DNA of 64,000 nucleotides from Octopus vulgaris (Eukaryota): NCBI GenBank assembly GCA_951406725.2, contig OX597842.1, positions 17,546,001 to 17,610,000 of the forward strand, read 5' to 3'. Shown piece by piece: positions 1 to 12,850 of this stretch (position 1 is its first letter; each line of letters starts with the position of its first letter). The notes under the pieces were generated by a model. It saw only the letters and a program-made list of their open reading frames with translations, ran no database searches and was not told where the DNA came from. The position numbers and the translations under genes were made by a program.

Positions 1-130
1 GAGACAATGCTTCTTGAAAACCAGACCTTTGCGCGCATGCACACACACACGCGCACACATGCATGCACGTACGCCAACACAGAGTTATACAATAAATTAC
101 ACTGAAATCAAGAGGCGATGTTTTACTTAC

Positions 131-234
131 CACCGGACGACGTTTTGTCAGAAAGACCGTAGTTTTCCATATTTCCACTTTCTCTTTTGGCTTCTATCCT
201 CCCGGTGTTATACTCGATGGCAAAGTCCGGGTAA
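131..234 (-). CDS. Gene A coding exon 4 (104 nt): (N)YPDFAIEYNTGRIEAKRESGNMENYGLSDKTSSG; gene continues beyond the window start
   Basis: gtttcag|T acceptor, G|gtaagt donor. Phase 2 to 1, open and in frame with exon 3. Confidence 0.8.
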
Positions 235-398
235 CTGAAACTAATATATTACAATTGATAAATTGTTTTTCTTATACTTTTGTTATTTTCTAAGCTTACA
301 TGGGTTGTTTTAATGTAATCCCACACAAAATCAATTGTACCCTCATCGATCTTTTTGTCAAACCTTAAAGTTCATAACGAAAACATTATCATTATTAT

Positions 399-630
399 AA
401 GGCAAACTAGCAGAATCTTTAGCTTGCCGGATAAAATGCATAGCAGTATTTTGTCCGTCTATACATCCTGAGTTCAAATTCCGCCGAGGTCGACTCTGCC
501 TATCACCCTTTCGGGGGTCGTTGGAATGATTACTAGTTTGACACTGGTACCGATGCAATCGACAACCACCCCCTACGCCCCCACCAAACTGTCAGACTTT
601 CTGCCTATAGTGGAAAGGATTATTATTATG
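399..630 (+). mobile_element. tRNA-derived SINE (relatives: 27776-28010 +, 2170-2260 -, 22625-22850 -)
   Basis: gagttcaaattccgccgaggtcgact B-box region and (ATT)n tail; dispersed in the window. Confidence 0.8.
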
Positions 631-765
631 GAATTATAATGTTATACAACAATGAGACATAAAGTATATCTGTGAACTTTCCTCTTATATATACACTGTG
701 AATGTGTTCAAAAGAACAATTATTAAGTAATTAAAGATATTAATTATGAGTAAGATGATATATAC

Positions 766-911
766 TTCGCATTGAAAGTCAAAGTTTGTGGATTCTGCCA
801 CCACTGCTTTGCAATGATTTTATCTTTCTGGAACCATGATGTAGAATTCGTCCCTTTTCCATTGAAAACCAATACATGATGATCAGGTATTTTTTTCAAC
901 CGAACTTCCAC
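766..911 (-). CDS. Gene A coding exon 3 (146 nt): VEVRLKKIPDHHVLVFNGKGTNSTSWFQKDKIIAKQWWQNPQTLTFNA
   Basis: ccatttgcag|GTG acceptor, AA|gtatat donor (phase 2). The VFNGxGTNSTSWF motif resembles uncharacterised mollusc secreted-protein domains (from memory, not searched). Confidence 0.8.
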
Positions 912-2284
912 CTGCAAATGGAAAGTAAACTCAAACAAGTGACAAATCTCAGAGAATGAGGGATGGCAGAGTTGTAGGAAGAGAAAGGAGACTAGGATGT
1001 GATATAAGGAGAGAGTAGGAGGGCGAGAATGAGATGGAGAGAATAGTGGGGGGAAGAGTAAGACTTTGAGTGCAGGAGAAAAAGACTAGAGACGACAAGA
1101 GATAGGAGGAAGAGGAGGAGAGGGAGAGAGAGACAGACAGACAGAAGGAAGGAAAATGAGAAGACGAAATGCTATGTCACGTTAGAAGTGCAAAATTAAG
1201 ACAGAAAGTGATTGGGTTTAAGGGGAAAACGTGGCTGACTTACGAGACAGAGAATCAGACTACTAACTAATGAGTCATGATTTCGGAGTCTTTCTAAAAG
1301 TTTTGTTGCATCTATAGGAACTAGAAAACCCTGACAAAATCAGGATAAAACAAAGACAAAACCAGCAAGAATCGATCCCACATCAAAGACATATCGATGT
1401 TCTGTGGAGGAATCAAGAGAGATATCAGGAACGGAAGTAAAGGAGTTGTGACATCACCTCAAGAAAGGGGCTTTCGATCTGCCTCTTCCTTGGTCAAGAC
1501 TCTTAGGTGGAGTGGATGCCAGAGGGATAGTAGCTTCTGACCAAATGCTGGGGTAGTGTAGGTGTGAAGATGTGTCCAACAAGTTCTTTTGACCCTGGTA
1601 GAGTGTAGCTTTTCTGAAGTTCGTCTCGAATTAAAAGCATTTTTACTGTCCCATCTACATATTCGTGAATTTCATCCTTCCACCTCTTCCTTTAAAATGC
1701 AAGACAAGCGTTGTTCCTCGCTGACACAGAACCTTCTCATAACCCCTCCCCGTCTTTCTCTACCTCATGTCTACCCAACCCTATACACCTACACTTATAA
1801 CCACTCACCATTCTTATTTCGATCTTAGCAGTTAAAACTCTTTGCTATTCTACTTCAAAATATTTTTTACTCATCGATCCAATTCAGGTGTTAATTCATC
1901 GCTTTACAAACTCCTCCTTAAATCCCCTTTTATTCTTAGTTATAATGCTCATAATCCCTTTTAACCTTCGCGCTCTTCTTACACCAAAGCACCGATGATG
2001 AGATTGAACCATTCCACATTCTGATCCATTTGTACCAGTCTCTTTCGTAACCTAGAAGTATTCCTCGTCAACACACTGATTCAATATCGAGACACTCTCG
2101 GTTATGTTGCTGTCTATGAAATCCCGCGTCTCTGCGATCTGATGACGTTTGTCACATTATGCTATCGTTCCTTGAAGGATGAAAGGCAAAGTCGACTTCG
2201 GCGGAAATTGAACTCGGAAAATATAGATCCGGAATTAAATACCACGAGCATTGTGTTCTACGCTCTAATTATTCTGATTCTTTT

Positions 2285-3345
<1,061 letters not shown>

Positions 3346-4220
3346 AAGAGGATCGTTGTGCAACAGGATGACTGCCTGCAGCAAGGTCGCACCCCTGCAT
3401 GGATGACAAGCGAACGAACGCTGCTAATGTGTAAAGGACCCCTTGAAAGGGAACTTGCAAACATCAGGTAAGTAACAATCTATTACCTAAAGAACAGAAA
3501 GGATGCAGGAACCAAAGTAGGGCAACGAAAGATCACCTATTAGATGATAAAATGATAATTAGAAATTGCAGAGGTAGATGATTGGCAGGAGTGAATGTAG
3601 CATGGTTAGATTAGAAAAAGCGTATGACATGGTACCACACAGTTAGATAAGTAAAACAAGGAGCAGGTTTGAAATAGCAAAAAAAAAAAAAGCATGGAGA
3701 AAATGCTAAATGAAAGTATGGAACATTGGAATACTGAAATGACCGGAGAAAAACAAAAACCCGGAAAAGTGAACATCAGACGTGGAATATTTCAAGGTGA
3801 TAGCTTATCTCTGCTACTATTCGAATTGGCCATGAAAAGTGAAAATTGCTTACGATTTGGTTAAAGGAAATGGTCAGATAAATCATCTCCTTTTCAGGGA
3901 CGATACAAAAGTTTATGCGAAAAATGAGAAACAGTTTGAAAATCTTGTAAATATTATCCGCATTTTCTCAAATGACGTTGGTATGGAATTTGGGATAGAA
4001 AAGTGCGGAACATTTGAAAGAAGCCAGGGAATTGAAATGCCAAATTGGCAAACAATGGGAGCAGTTGAGAAAGGACGGTGGTAAAAGTAGTTGGGAATAC
4101 TGAAAGCAGACGAAATAAAAAATGAATTAAACAAACGACCAATTGGGAGTACACAAGGAGAGTAAGAAAATCATTGCAGTCAAAGCTGAATTCCAAAACC
4201 CTTATTAAAGCAAAGATCAG
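3346..4220 (+). mobile_element. Degenerate non-LTR retrotransposon RT fragment, R4/Dong-like
   Basis: Motifs KAYDMVPH, NIRRGIFQGDSLS, INHLLFxDDTKVYA and GMEFGIEKC, with stops and frameshifts. Confidence 0.8.
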
Positions 4221-4626
4221 TGTCCTTAATCAGATACCCGGCGAAAATGATGAAAATCTAAATAAAAGGCCGGACCTTAGTCCCCAAATCTCGCTAGTGA
4301 AACAGAAAAAAAGGAGAAATAAATACGAGAGGAATAGGTTTCTATGCGTCGTGTATATTTTATAGCAACACTCTTGCCACAAAATGAAAACGCTGCACAA
4401 TATTCCATTGAAATTTAGAAGGAAAATTAGTCTGGATCTAGTTCTATCGTGAAACCCCGCCAAAGAAACTTGCTAACAAAAAAAGATAGATTTTAAAAAT
4501 TAAACAAACATCAGAAACTGAAATTAAGCATTTAAAAGAAAACACTAGTAATTATTGTAAAACAGCAACAAATATGTAGATTGGTTATTAAATGAGAATC
4601 ATCTTGAAATTCTAAAAATTCATTAC

Positions 4627-4718
4627 CTTTTCAATAGGCAAATTGTCCCAGTACAAATAAATAGGGCTTTTCTTAAATGAGTTTGGGGTCATCTCAAATA
4701 CTTTCTGCCAGCTTTTAC
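4627..4718 (-). CDS. Gene A coding exon 2 (92 nt): (S)KSWQKVFEMTPNSFKKSPIYLYWDNLPIEK
   Basis: tacttag|GT...GAAAAG|gtaatg. Phase 1 to 0, in frame with both neighbours. The paralog exon 29578-29669 has the same length and several synonymous changes. Confidence 0.85.
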
Positions 4719-4742
4719 CTAAGTATACAAAAAAGATGTTAA

Positions 4743-5110
4743 CCCTTAAACGGCGGGAAAGTGTTACATGAATGTGTGTGACAAACGGACAATAATCGAA
4801 AAAATCTCTTTTTCATGAGGCTTTTTTTATATTTATTTTCATTAAATTAAGCACAAAAAGTAAAATAATTGTTGGTCTTAAACAAATGGAGAAGAATCGG
4901 TGCACTTTTTCCATCCAGAGCTAGTTGCAGCATTATTTTTTTCTGTATTATCTAAAACTTCATTTTCAACATCACCTGCTTCATTTGATGATGAAAGAAA
5001 ATCAGAAAAACACTTCATCATCGCTGTTTAAATCATCTATTTACGACTGGATTTCTCCCATTGATAAGGGCCGCTTACGCTTAGGCGCATTTAATTTAGC
5101 ATTCGCTCCA
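4743..5110. mobile_element. Partial piggyBac-like non-autonomous element
   Basis: TTAA|CCCTTAAACGGC terminus; homologous to the complete copy at 29731-30303. Confidence 0.6.
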
Positions 5111-5689
5111 GCCTCAACTGATGACGATCATATCTGTGCAAAAGTTTTGTGACACCAATAGGATTTTAAAGAAAAAGAAGGTGCATTCCAGAGGTTTCCA
5201 TGATTTTTCAGGAAAGATATTTATTTATTTCAAAGAAAGCTGTGTGAACCGATCCAATTCCTCGTTCTACATCTCGCTCAGGATTGTGTTTGGCGGAAAG
5301 CACACTTCTAAGGTATGCAAAGTAATTAATTCGTTCCAGTGATGTGCCCGAAATTATGATGTTAAAGTCCAGAAGGGCAGAATTCGGGATTGATTAGGCG
5401 AAGAACTGAGATTTCTTAGAATTTACAGTGAGCTCAAAACGTTGATACGCAATGGTGAAATACCTGACAGCTTGTCGCAGTTCTAAGTTTGAGTGACCGA
5501 GTGACCACGTTGAAATCGACAAAGTGACGTTCTGAGATTCGCTTGGAACTGGTAAGATTCTTTGACTGAAACCTCACCAGGCTGAAGAGTCTTTCATGAA
5601 AACGATATCTGATGTCCTTTTCCAGCTGATCCGAGGCAAGTTCATAGATCATTGCAGCAATTATAGGGAGAAAAGCATAGTAGCGGGTA

Positions 5690-6110
5690 CGCAAACATGT
5701 TTCAATCCAGATGTAATTGGGAATTCTTCTGAGAGTCCGTCATGAGGAAGGAAACGCCCAGTCATACCATTGTATGATCAGGGAGAAGAAATAATCAAGG
5801 GTCGTCCATATGGCTGGTCTTGGTACTCTATCGAAAATCTTTTGCAGATCATAAAAGATAAGGAAAATTCGGTTTTGTTGTTCTCGATACTTGTTTTGGA
5901 ATTGTCTGGCGCAGATCGTGTCTATGGTTCCAAGTAATGCTCGGAAAACACACTGGGATTCTGGAAGGATTCTTTCTGCGTTGACGTGGACACCGTTCAA
6001 GGGTATTGGAGCAAAGATCTTTCCTAAAATAATAAGTAGCGAGATTACACGATGGTTTCTATAAGATTTTCTATCTCCTTTCTTGAATATACTGCTTATG
6101 AGAGCACTAA
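5690..6110 (-). mobile_element. Degenerate RTE-type LINE RT fragment
   Basis: ILPESQCVFR...YDLQKIFDRVPR. Confidence 0.75.
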
Positions 6111-6149
6111 GGGCGTGAGGTCGGCAATGTCTCGTTTATGAGTCTACAT

Positions 6150-6450
6150 ATGAATATAGCTTCCTTAATTCTTAAATTACCCAAATTTCTTTTACTGGCC
6201 TCAATTGTGACTGTTATGCTTTTGCCGGTGTTCCGTCATCTTTTCTGAAGGTGGAGGCTATCGTGTTCAGATGTTCTTTGATGCAGACGTGTTACGGTTT
6301 TGTTTTGCTACCCACATAGAACTTGTTGCATTTGTTACATTGTATTCTATACACAACATTTACCCGTTGGCATAAATCTATGTCACGGATGGGATAGTTT
6401 GTTAGTTTGCATTGATTGTTGTCCCTTGTTCGTTTCTTTGCGAGCATACA
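6150..6450 (-). mobile_element. Penelope-like GIY-YIG endonuclease remnant
   Basis: NVVYRIQCNKCNKFYVG. Confidence 0.65.
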
Positions 6451-6670
6451 TACGTTAAACATACAAATCTGCGCATAGATACATACATACATAACATACA
6501 TACAAACTTACAAACAAAAATACCCTGTTGTTGATGTTACAATTCCAGTGAAAGAGCCTGGATTTAGGTTAGAAACCGGTTCGTTCTATATTGGCAAGAA
6601 ATCCTGAAGTAAACTGAATAACAGTAAACATACATACATACATACATCAATGTGAGTGTATGTGTGTGTG

Positions 6671-6782
<112 letters not shown>

Positions 6783-6864
6783 CGTTTGTAAAACAATTGT
6801 GATAATGAAGAAAATATAATACAGAAATTAGAAACAATTTGCCAGAAAATTGTGATTTACATAC

Positions 6865-7195
6865 TGTTTCCGGAAAGTAAAATATACGATGAACATGTGC
6901 AATCCTGATCTTTAATTTCTTCGTTGTAAAGCGATCGATGCATATAACACATGCCATTACAATAGGTAAAATATTCGCACTCATCGCGTGAAAGACACAG
7001 ACTCGCACATTCTAAACGAGATGACTCGGTTTTTATAGTTTTATTCTGATCAATTAAGCATTTTGATGTTGTGGTTTTTTTGAAGTGAACATCTATATAC
7101 GTTGGTTCTCCGGCAGTAACAAGAGTCACGAAAAGCAAAAGTGTCAAGGCTGGCAGCAGAAGAAGAATCGAATGGTACTGAATTGTTGTCTCCAT
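6865..7195 (-). CDS. Gene A coding exon 1: signal peptide + Cys-rich PAN/apple-like domain
   Basis: Acceptor tttttcag|GA then ATG at 7195. Hydrophobic leader ILLLLPALTLLLFVTLVTA, then ECASLCLSRDECEYFTYCNGMC (C-x3-C-x5-C-x2-F-x-Y-x4-C PAN-type spacing). Phase-1 donor AACA|gtatgt. Same structure in the paralog at 33091-33417. Confidence 0.85.
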
Positions 7196-7260
7196 TCCTG
7201 AAAAATATACAAGTATACATACTTACATACATACATAAATACATTCCTGAAAATTTACAA

Positions 7261-7302
<42 letters not shown>

Positions 7303-7491
7303 TAATAATAAAATGTTAGGGAATAAATCCAAACTTACAGCGAAAAATCAGATTTAGGATTGAATCCAATTTTATAGTAAGATATTATATTATATTAAAT
7401 TAGAGATAAAACCACTATTATGTAAATCAAACAATGAAAAACTTAAGCCAATACATAAAATTAATTAATTTATATTATATATATGTTAATT

Positions 7492-7547
<56 letters not shown>

Positions 7548-7696
7548 GTATATATACATATATACATCTATATACGTGTATCTCTATATATACACATTTA
7601 TATACATTTATATACACTTAGATACATATATGTATATATATAGTTATATAAATATATATATACATTTATATGCATGTGTGTGTGTGTATATAGACA

Positions 7697-8350
7697 TGAT
7701 GATACATGATGGACGTCCACTCGTGACCGAGGAAGACCATTGCTGACATTCAGGAACATTGTGCACTCTAGGACTAACCTATATTTTGTATTTCCATCTC
7801 CGTTGGTGGATAATGAGTCGTGCTCTTGACATTCATACACGACTGCAAACATTGCTAACCAAGCTTTCTCCATTCACTACACGAGCCATGCGTTTTCGAG
7901 AAGCAGGCTTAAGTCCTTCATGCTGATTACATGCTCTCTCAAAGGTGTCGACCCCTTCCTTAACCTACTTCCATCTGTGGACATGACAGGCATTGCTCTC
8001 CCAGTCTGTCTCCGGCATATCACAGTCCTTTAATGAGGACTTGACACAATCCTTAAATCGCAGCCTTTTCCAGCTCACAAGTTCCCCGTATAGCATCTGT
8101 TTAGGGATCCTGCTATCCTTCATTCTAATAAGGTGTCCAGTCCAACGTAACCAGTGCTTGTGCATCGTCGTCTCAATCCTCAGGACATCAGCTTTCCTCA
8201 AGACCTGTGTGCTTTGAGTTTTTAAGGTCGAGCCAACATTCAGAATGTGTCTCAGACATCTCTGATGAAAGTGTTCAAGAACCCTTACATGACGTTTGTA
8301 AAGGTTTCATGTTTTACATGAGTAAAGGAGCGATGTTGGTATACATGCAC
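7697..8350 (-). mobile_element. RTE (BovB-like) LINE 3' fragment; duplicated with its flank at 18243-18860
   Basis: LRWTGHLIRMKDSRIPKQMLYGEL; short (CAT)-type tail. Confidence 0.85.
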
Positions 8351-9477
8351 ACGGTATAGGGATGTGCATGTACGTACCTACCTACCTACCTACCTACCTA
8401 CCTACCTACCTACATACATACATACATACATACATAGACACACACACACATTCTAAGATTATTGATTGCTTTTATTTGCCTTTTTGAAGGGAAGGTACTC
8501 TCAAATATATATTTTGTTATCTTAAGAGTTATCTCCCTGGACACATACCTTAAACCACCTCATTATTGCATTTACTAAATAGATCTTATTGCTCATTGCT
8601 AACTTCTTTCAGTCATTGAACTACGGCCACGCTGGAGTACCACAGTGACGTGATTAGTCCAACAGACCGACTCCAGTATTTCTCTTTCTCGAGAATTCCA
8701 CTTATTCCTTCCGACCTATTTGCCGAACTGCTATGTTACAGGAACTTAGACATAGCAAAAACAAATGTTAGCTCTCTCTCTCTATATATATATATATATA
8801 TGTCTCAGTTTGTGTTTTTTTACATTTACCTATTATATGGCGGCGTCCGTACCCCCTTTTGATATTGTATGTAAAATACATTTTCTCTCTAATACATGGT
8901 ACGACTCTATAACACTGTCTTTCTCTCTCCCCCTCTCCTACATTTCTCTGCCTTTCACACTTTGCACTCCACTTTGACCCGTCTCTTTCTCTCTTCCTCT
9001 GTCCCGCTTTTCTCCCCTCTCTTCTCATACGTGACTAACTTTGGACTGCTGTCCTGCCTCTTTGTGATCAACGGCCGTAAAGGCTAGACACAATTTTCTC
9101 TCTCTTCGCCTTCAGGCATTTTTTCAATGCGCCAGCTAAATTTCACCCGTCCTGTCGAATAGACGCCTGTCTGTAACGTCCTGTTTTTGTTATTATTATT
9201 ATCATTATTGTTTTTACGTATTTTCGTATTCTTATTCGTTCCCGTCCTTGTTTTGTATAAATTCGAGGCTTTCTTCAAAGGAATCTAATGCGCTTGGCTT
9301 AGATTTTCCTTTGGGGCTTGGCAGGTCGGAGCAATCTCAAGATTAATCAGCCTAAATTGCGAAGATGATCCGGTTCTTGACTGAAGATCGAAGGCTTCGA
9401 ATGTCCCGTCCGTTTTCTTGTATCGTCTCCTAAATGTTTTGCGTTATCGTCCCAGTTTGTGTTTTTCTACGTTTATG

Positions 9478-9547
<70 letters not shown>

Positions 9548-9664
9548 TGTGTGTGTGTGTTCATATATATATCTATATCTCTATCTATCTATCTATCTAT
9601 CTATACACACACACACACACACACACACACGCAGACACACACACACACACAGAGACATATATTA

Positions 9665-9991
9665 AAAAAAGACTCCGCCGGTTACGACGACGAGGGTCCC
9701 AGCTGATACGATCAACGGAACAGCTTGCTCGTGAAATTAACGTGTAAGTGGCTGAGCATTCCACAGACACGTGTACCCTTAACGTAGTTCTCGGGGATAA
9801 TCAGCGTGACACAGAGAGTGACAAGGCTGACCCTTTGAAATACAAGTACAACTCATTTTTGCCAGCTGAGTGGACTGGAGCAACGTGAAATAAAGTGTCT
9901 TGCTCAAGGACACAACGCGTCGCCGGGAATCGAACTCACAACCTTACGATCATGAGCCGAATGCCCTAACCACTAAGCCACGCGCCCTCAC
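9665..9991 (-). mobile_element. tRNA-derived SINE
   Basis: Head gtggcttagtggttagg (A box) ... gagttcgattccc (B box). Confidence 0.85.
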
Positions 9992-10467
9992 TGAGAGAGA
10001 CATATATATATATAACCCCTCATAACGTTTTTTTCATTTTGGGGAATTTTAAAATAATTTTGGCGTATTTATATTCTATACACGGAAATTCATCCGATTA
10101 ACCAAAAACGAAAGAAAATATATTTTGGTGCACGATTTAAGGCCTGATTAGCTGTTATTTTTATCAACTTTAACCACCACCTCATATGTCATATGTTTTA
10201 AAGCGTTCAAGAATAACCCTGTTGAATACATTGAGAAATATGAAAAAAGATTGAGTCAATGAATGAGGAAAGAATTGTAGACAGGGATGTGGATTTAAAT
10301 CATTAAAGGAATGAAAAGGTCGTTCATAAGTTTTGAAGAAATTGTAAAAACAGAGAAAGTGAAAGTGAAAGCAAGAGAAACATCCGTTTGGAGATTTAAG
10401 GTGAAATGAACAGTCTAAGTCGCTTGGGACCTTTCTGAGAGAAATCAGAAAAGTCTTTCTTTTACTC

Positions 10468-10882
10468 CTTTACTCTTTTACTTGTTTCAGTCATTTGACT
10501 GCGGCCATGCTGAACCACCGGCTTTACTCGAACAAATCGACCCCTGAACTTATTCTTTGTAAGATTAGTACTTATTCCATCGGCTCTGTTTTGCCGAACC
10601 TCTAAGTTACGGGGAAATAAACACACCAGCATCGGTTGTCAAGCGATGTTGGGTGGACAAACACAGACACACAAACACACACACACACACACACAAACAT
10701 ATATTTATACATATATACGACGGGATTCTTTCAGTTTCCGTCCACCAAATCCACTCACAAGGCTTTAGTCGGCCCGAGGAAATAGCAGAAGACACTTGCC
10801 CAAGGTGTCACGCAGTGGGATTGAACCCGGAACCATGAGGTTGGTAAGCAAGCTACTTACCCCACAGCCACTCCTACGCCTA
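10468..10882 (-). mobile_element. tRNA-derived SINE with internal (TG)n (relatives at 32170-32570, 30310-30660, 34450-34560, 35530-35710, 8600-8770, 18860-18950, 59105-59270)
   Basis: Shared head taggagtggctg...ccgggttc and body gcatcggttgtcaagc. Confidence 0.85.
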
Positions 10883-11290
10883 TAATTGTTTAATAATTAT
10901 TTTTATTACATGAAATACCTAAAGTTATATTTGTTATTCAACAGCACCGTAATTATTGACCTAGGAATCATTACCCTATTTATATTTCAATTCATTTATT
11001 TGAAATCTATCCCAATTAAATCCTAAATCCCAGCGGGATTCGAAGTCAAAATGTAAAGTTTCTTGACTGAATACTAAAGATATTTTATCAGTCGATTCAT
11101 GATTTCTACAAATCTACCCCTGTCCTTTCCATTCTTTTTGGAAATGAGAAGTGATAATAGTGAGCCGAGTGTAATAAAAGCGCAAGTCAAATACAGTATC
11201 TTATATTATAGAATTATAAAATTAATTTCAGTAATAATCTCTCTTTTATTGATTCATATTATATGCCTCTTGTATGAATAAAATACTTAC

Positions 11291-11318
11291 TCTATCAGGT
11301 CTAGTCAGAAAACCAGAC
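11291..11318 (-). other. Candidate non-coding 5' exon of gene A (homologs at 19262-19289 and ~36323-36353)
   Basis: tttctttatcag|28 nt|gtaagt. The donor is conserved in all three copies, each upstream of a PAN exon whose ATG is 2 nt after an acceptor, so an upstream exon is required. Confidence 0.45.
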
Positions 11319-11524
11319 CTGATAAAGAAAAACTGGAGTAAGTTTTGAATTTAGACGGCAAGATCACTTGGAATTCATTGAAATATCCCAGGAACCGGAA
11401 AAGAAAAAATTTGCCCAGTGTTATTTGATTTTAATATTCAGGATATTTCACAGTTGATTTCTTTTTGCATTAGCTTCGAAAAGACAATGTCTTTAAAACA
11501 ATCTATCCCGAGTTCTTCCACTCT

Positions 11525-11794
11525 TATAAATTCGATGGCCAACTTGAACTTTCTTTCCCTCTTACTCCAGAAGTCGTCGCGAGGTAAATTCACTTTTTGT
11601 TAAATAAGTTCTTAAATTCCAGGTCTTATATTCGTTTCTCTTTCTCTTCAGAATGCTTTGCTCTTCAGAAGGTAAGTAAATTATCAGTTTTACCCGTAGC
11701 TTTGTTAGGTTATCAACAGCAACTGTTTCTATCCATCGATCTTAGCAAATAAACCGCTTGAAACAAGTCGATTGCGTTTGGATGCATGGTGAGC
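11525..11794 (+). promoter_or_regulatory. Putative TATA promoter + micro-exons of a divergent transcript (homologs ~19997-20270, ~37085-37285, ~38857-39115)
   Basis: TATAAA, then a pyrimidine tract ~25-30 nt downstream. GAG|gtaaat, 68-nt intron, cttcag|20-nt exon with ATG|gtaagt, 74-nt intron, ttag|43-nt exon|gtgagc. Confidence 0.4.
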
Positions 11795-12620
11795 GAAACG
11801 ATTTTATTTTAACTTGGCAAGATATCGATAGCTTTAAATTTTTAATTATGCACTAGATAAATTATACTTAATGCCATCGAAAGAGGTGTGGTCAACGAGT
11901 ACAAGATAGGAGTTAATATGTTTATGAAATAAAGACTTGATTAGGATTGTATTTTTGATTTTAAATAAATATTGATAATGTTCCACGAGAAAAGCATGAA
12001 TGTTACAAATTCCCCTTGTAATTAGCAAACCTCTTTACAATTGTTGTTTGTTCCTTTTCGAGCCATGTTTCCCGGTTTCTTTGGCGTATAGGTTCCCCAC
12101 CTGCACGGGACGCCAGTCCGTCGCAGGTGAGCTGCAAGATGCAGGAGGAAAGTTGTAGCAAAAGAATCATCAGAGGTTCACCATTATCCTCTCCCAGGGT
12201 CGCGTAGAGCTTAGGTATTTTGCTCATAAACACTTACATTGCCCGGCCTGAGATTTCAATTCTTGTTGATCTACTTTAAACATATTACTCGTAAGTAAGA
12301 ACAGGAATAAATATTGCAGAATTAAAAATCTAAAACTATTTTGACCTGACGAATAAATAAGACATAAGTCGGGGTAGAATCAGCAGATTCAGAAAATACT
12401 GAGAGCGTGCAATAAGAACAACATTATCCAAACATGTTTTTTCTGAAAGGGAGAAGTATTTTACGATAAATATTTGGTTGTAATATTTAATATTTTGAGC
12501 AACTGCTCAGGGAGTAGGCACACTCCTTGTCATGAAACACAGTGAAGTACGGTGAATGAAGTCTACGAAACCAAAGAGATGGCTACTTTTCAATATACTT
12601 AGGTGCCGACTAACATACAA

Positions 12621-12700
<80 letters not shown>

Positions 12701-12734
12701 AATAATAATAATAATAAAAATAATTTATATATAC

Positions 12735-12765
<31 letters not shown>

Positions 12766-12850
12766 CATATATATACATGTATATATACAAATATATATAT
12801 ACATATACATATATATATACATGTATGTATATATGTATATATACATATAT

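Larger units (their letters stand above)
1..1945. repeat. Segmental duplication, copy 1 (copy 2 at 27361-~29355)
   Basis: Both begin gagacaatgcttcttgaaaaccagacc and are colinear, including a shared SINE. Confidence 0.95.

Noticed and set aside
6857-7195. 112-aa single-exon secreted peptide as given in the ORF track
   Set aside because: A conserved phase-1 donor at 6864 and in-frame downstream exons favour a multi-exon gene, although intron retention is not excluded.
9920-9991. tRNA genes at SINE heads (also 24260-24335, 39587-39660)
   Set aside because: They continue into SINE bodies and lack a proper acceptor stem.
11333-11570. Inverted 10-mer cttactccag at both putative start regions
   Set aside because: The minus-strand instance is not conserved in the other copies; likely chance.
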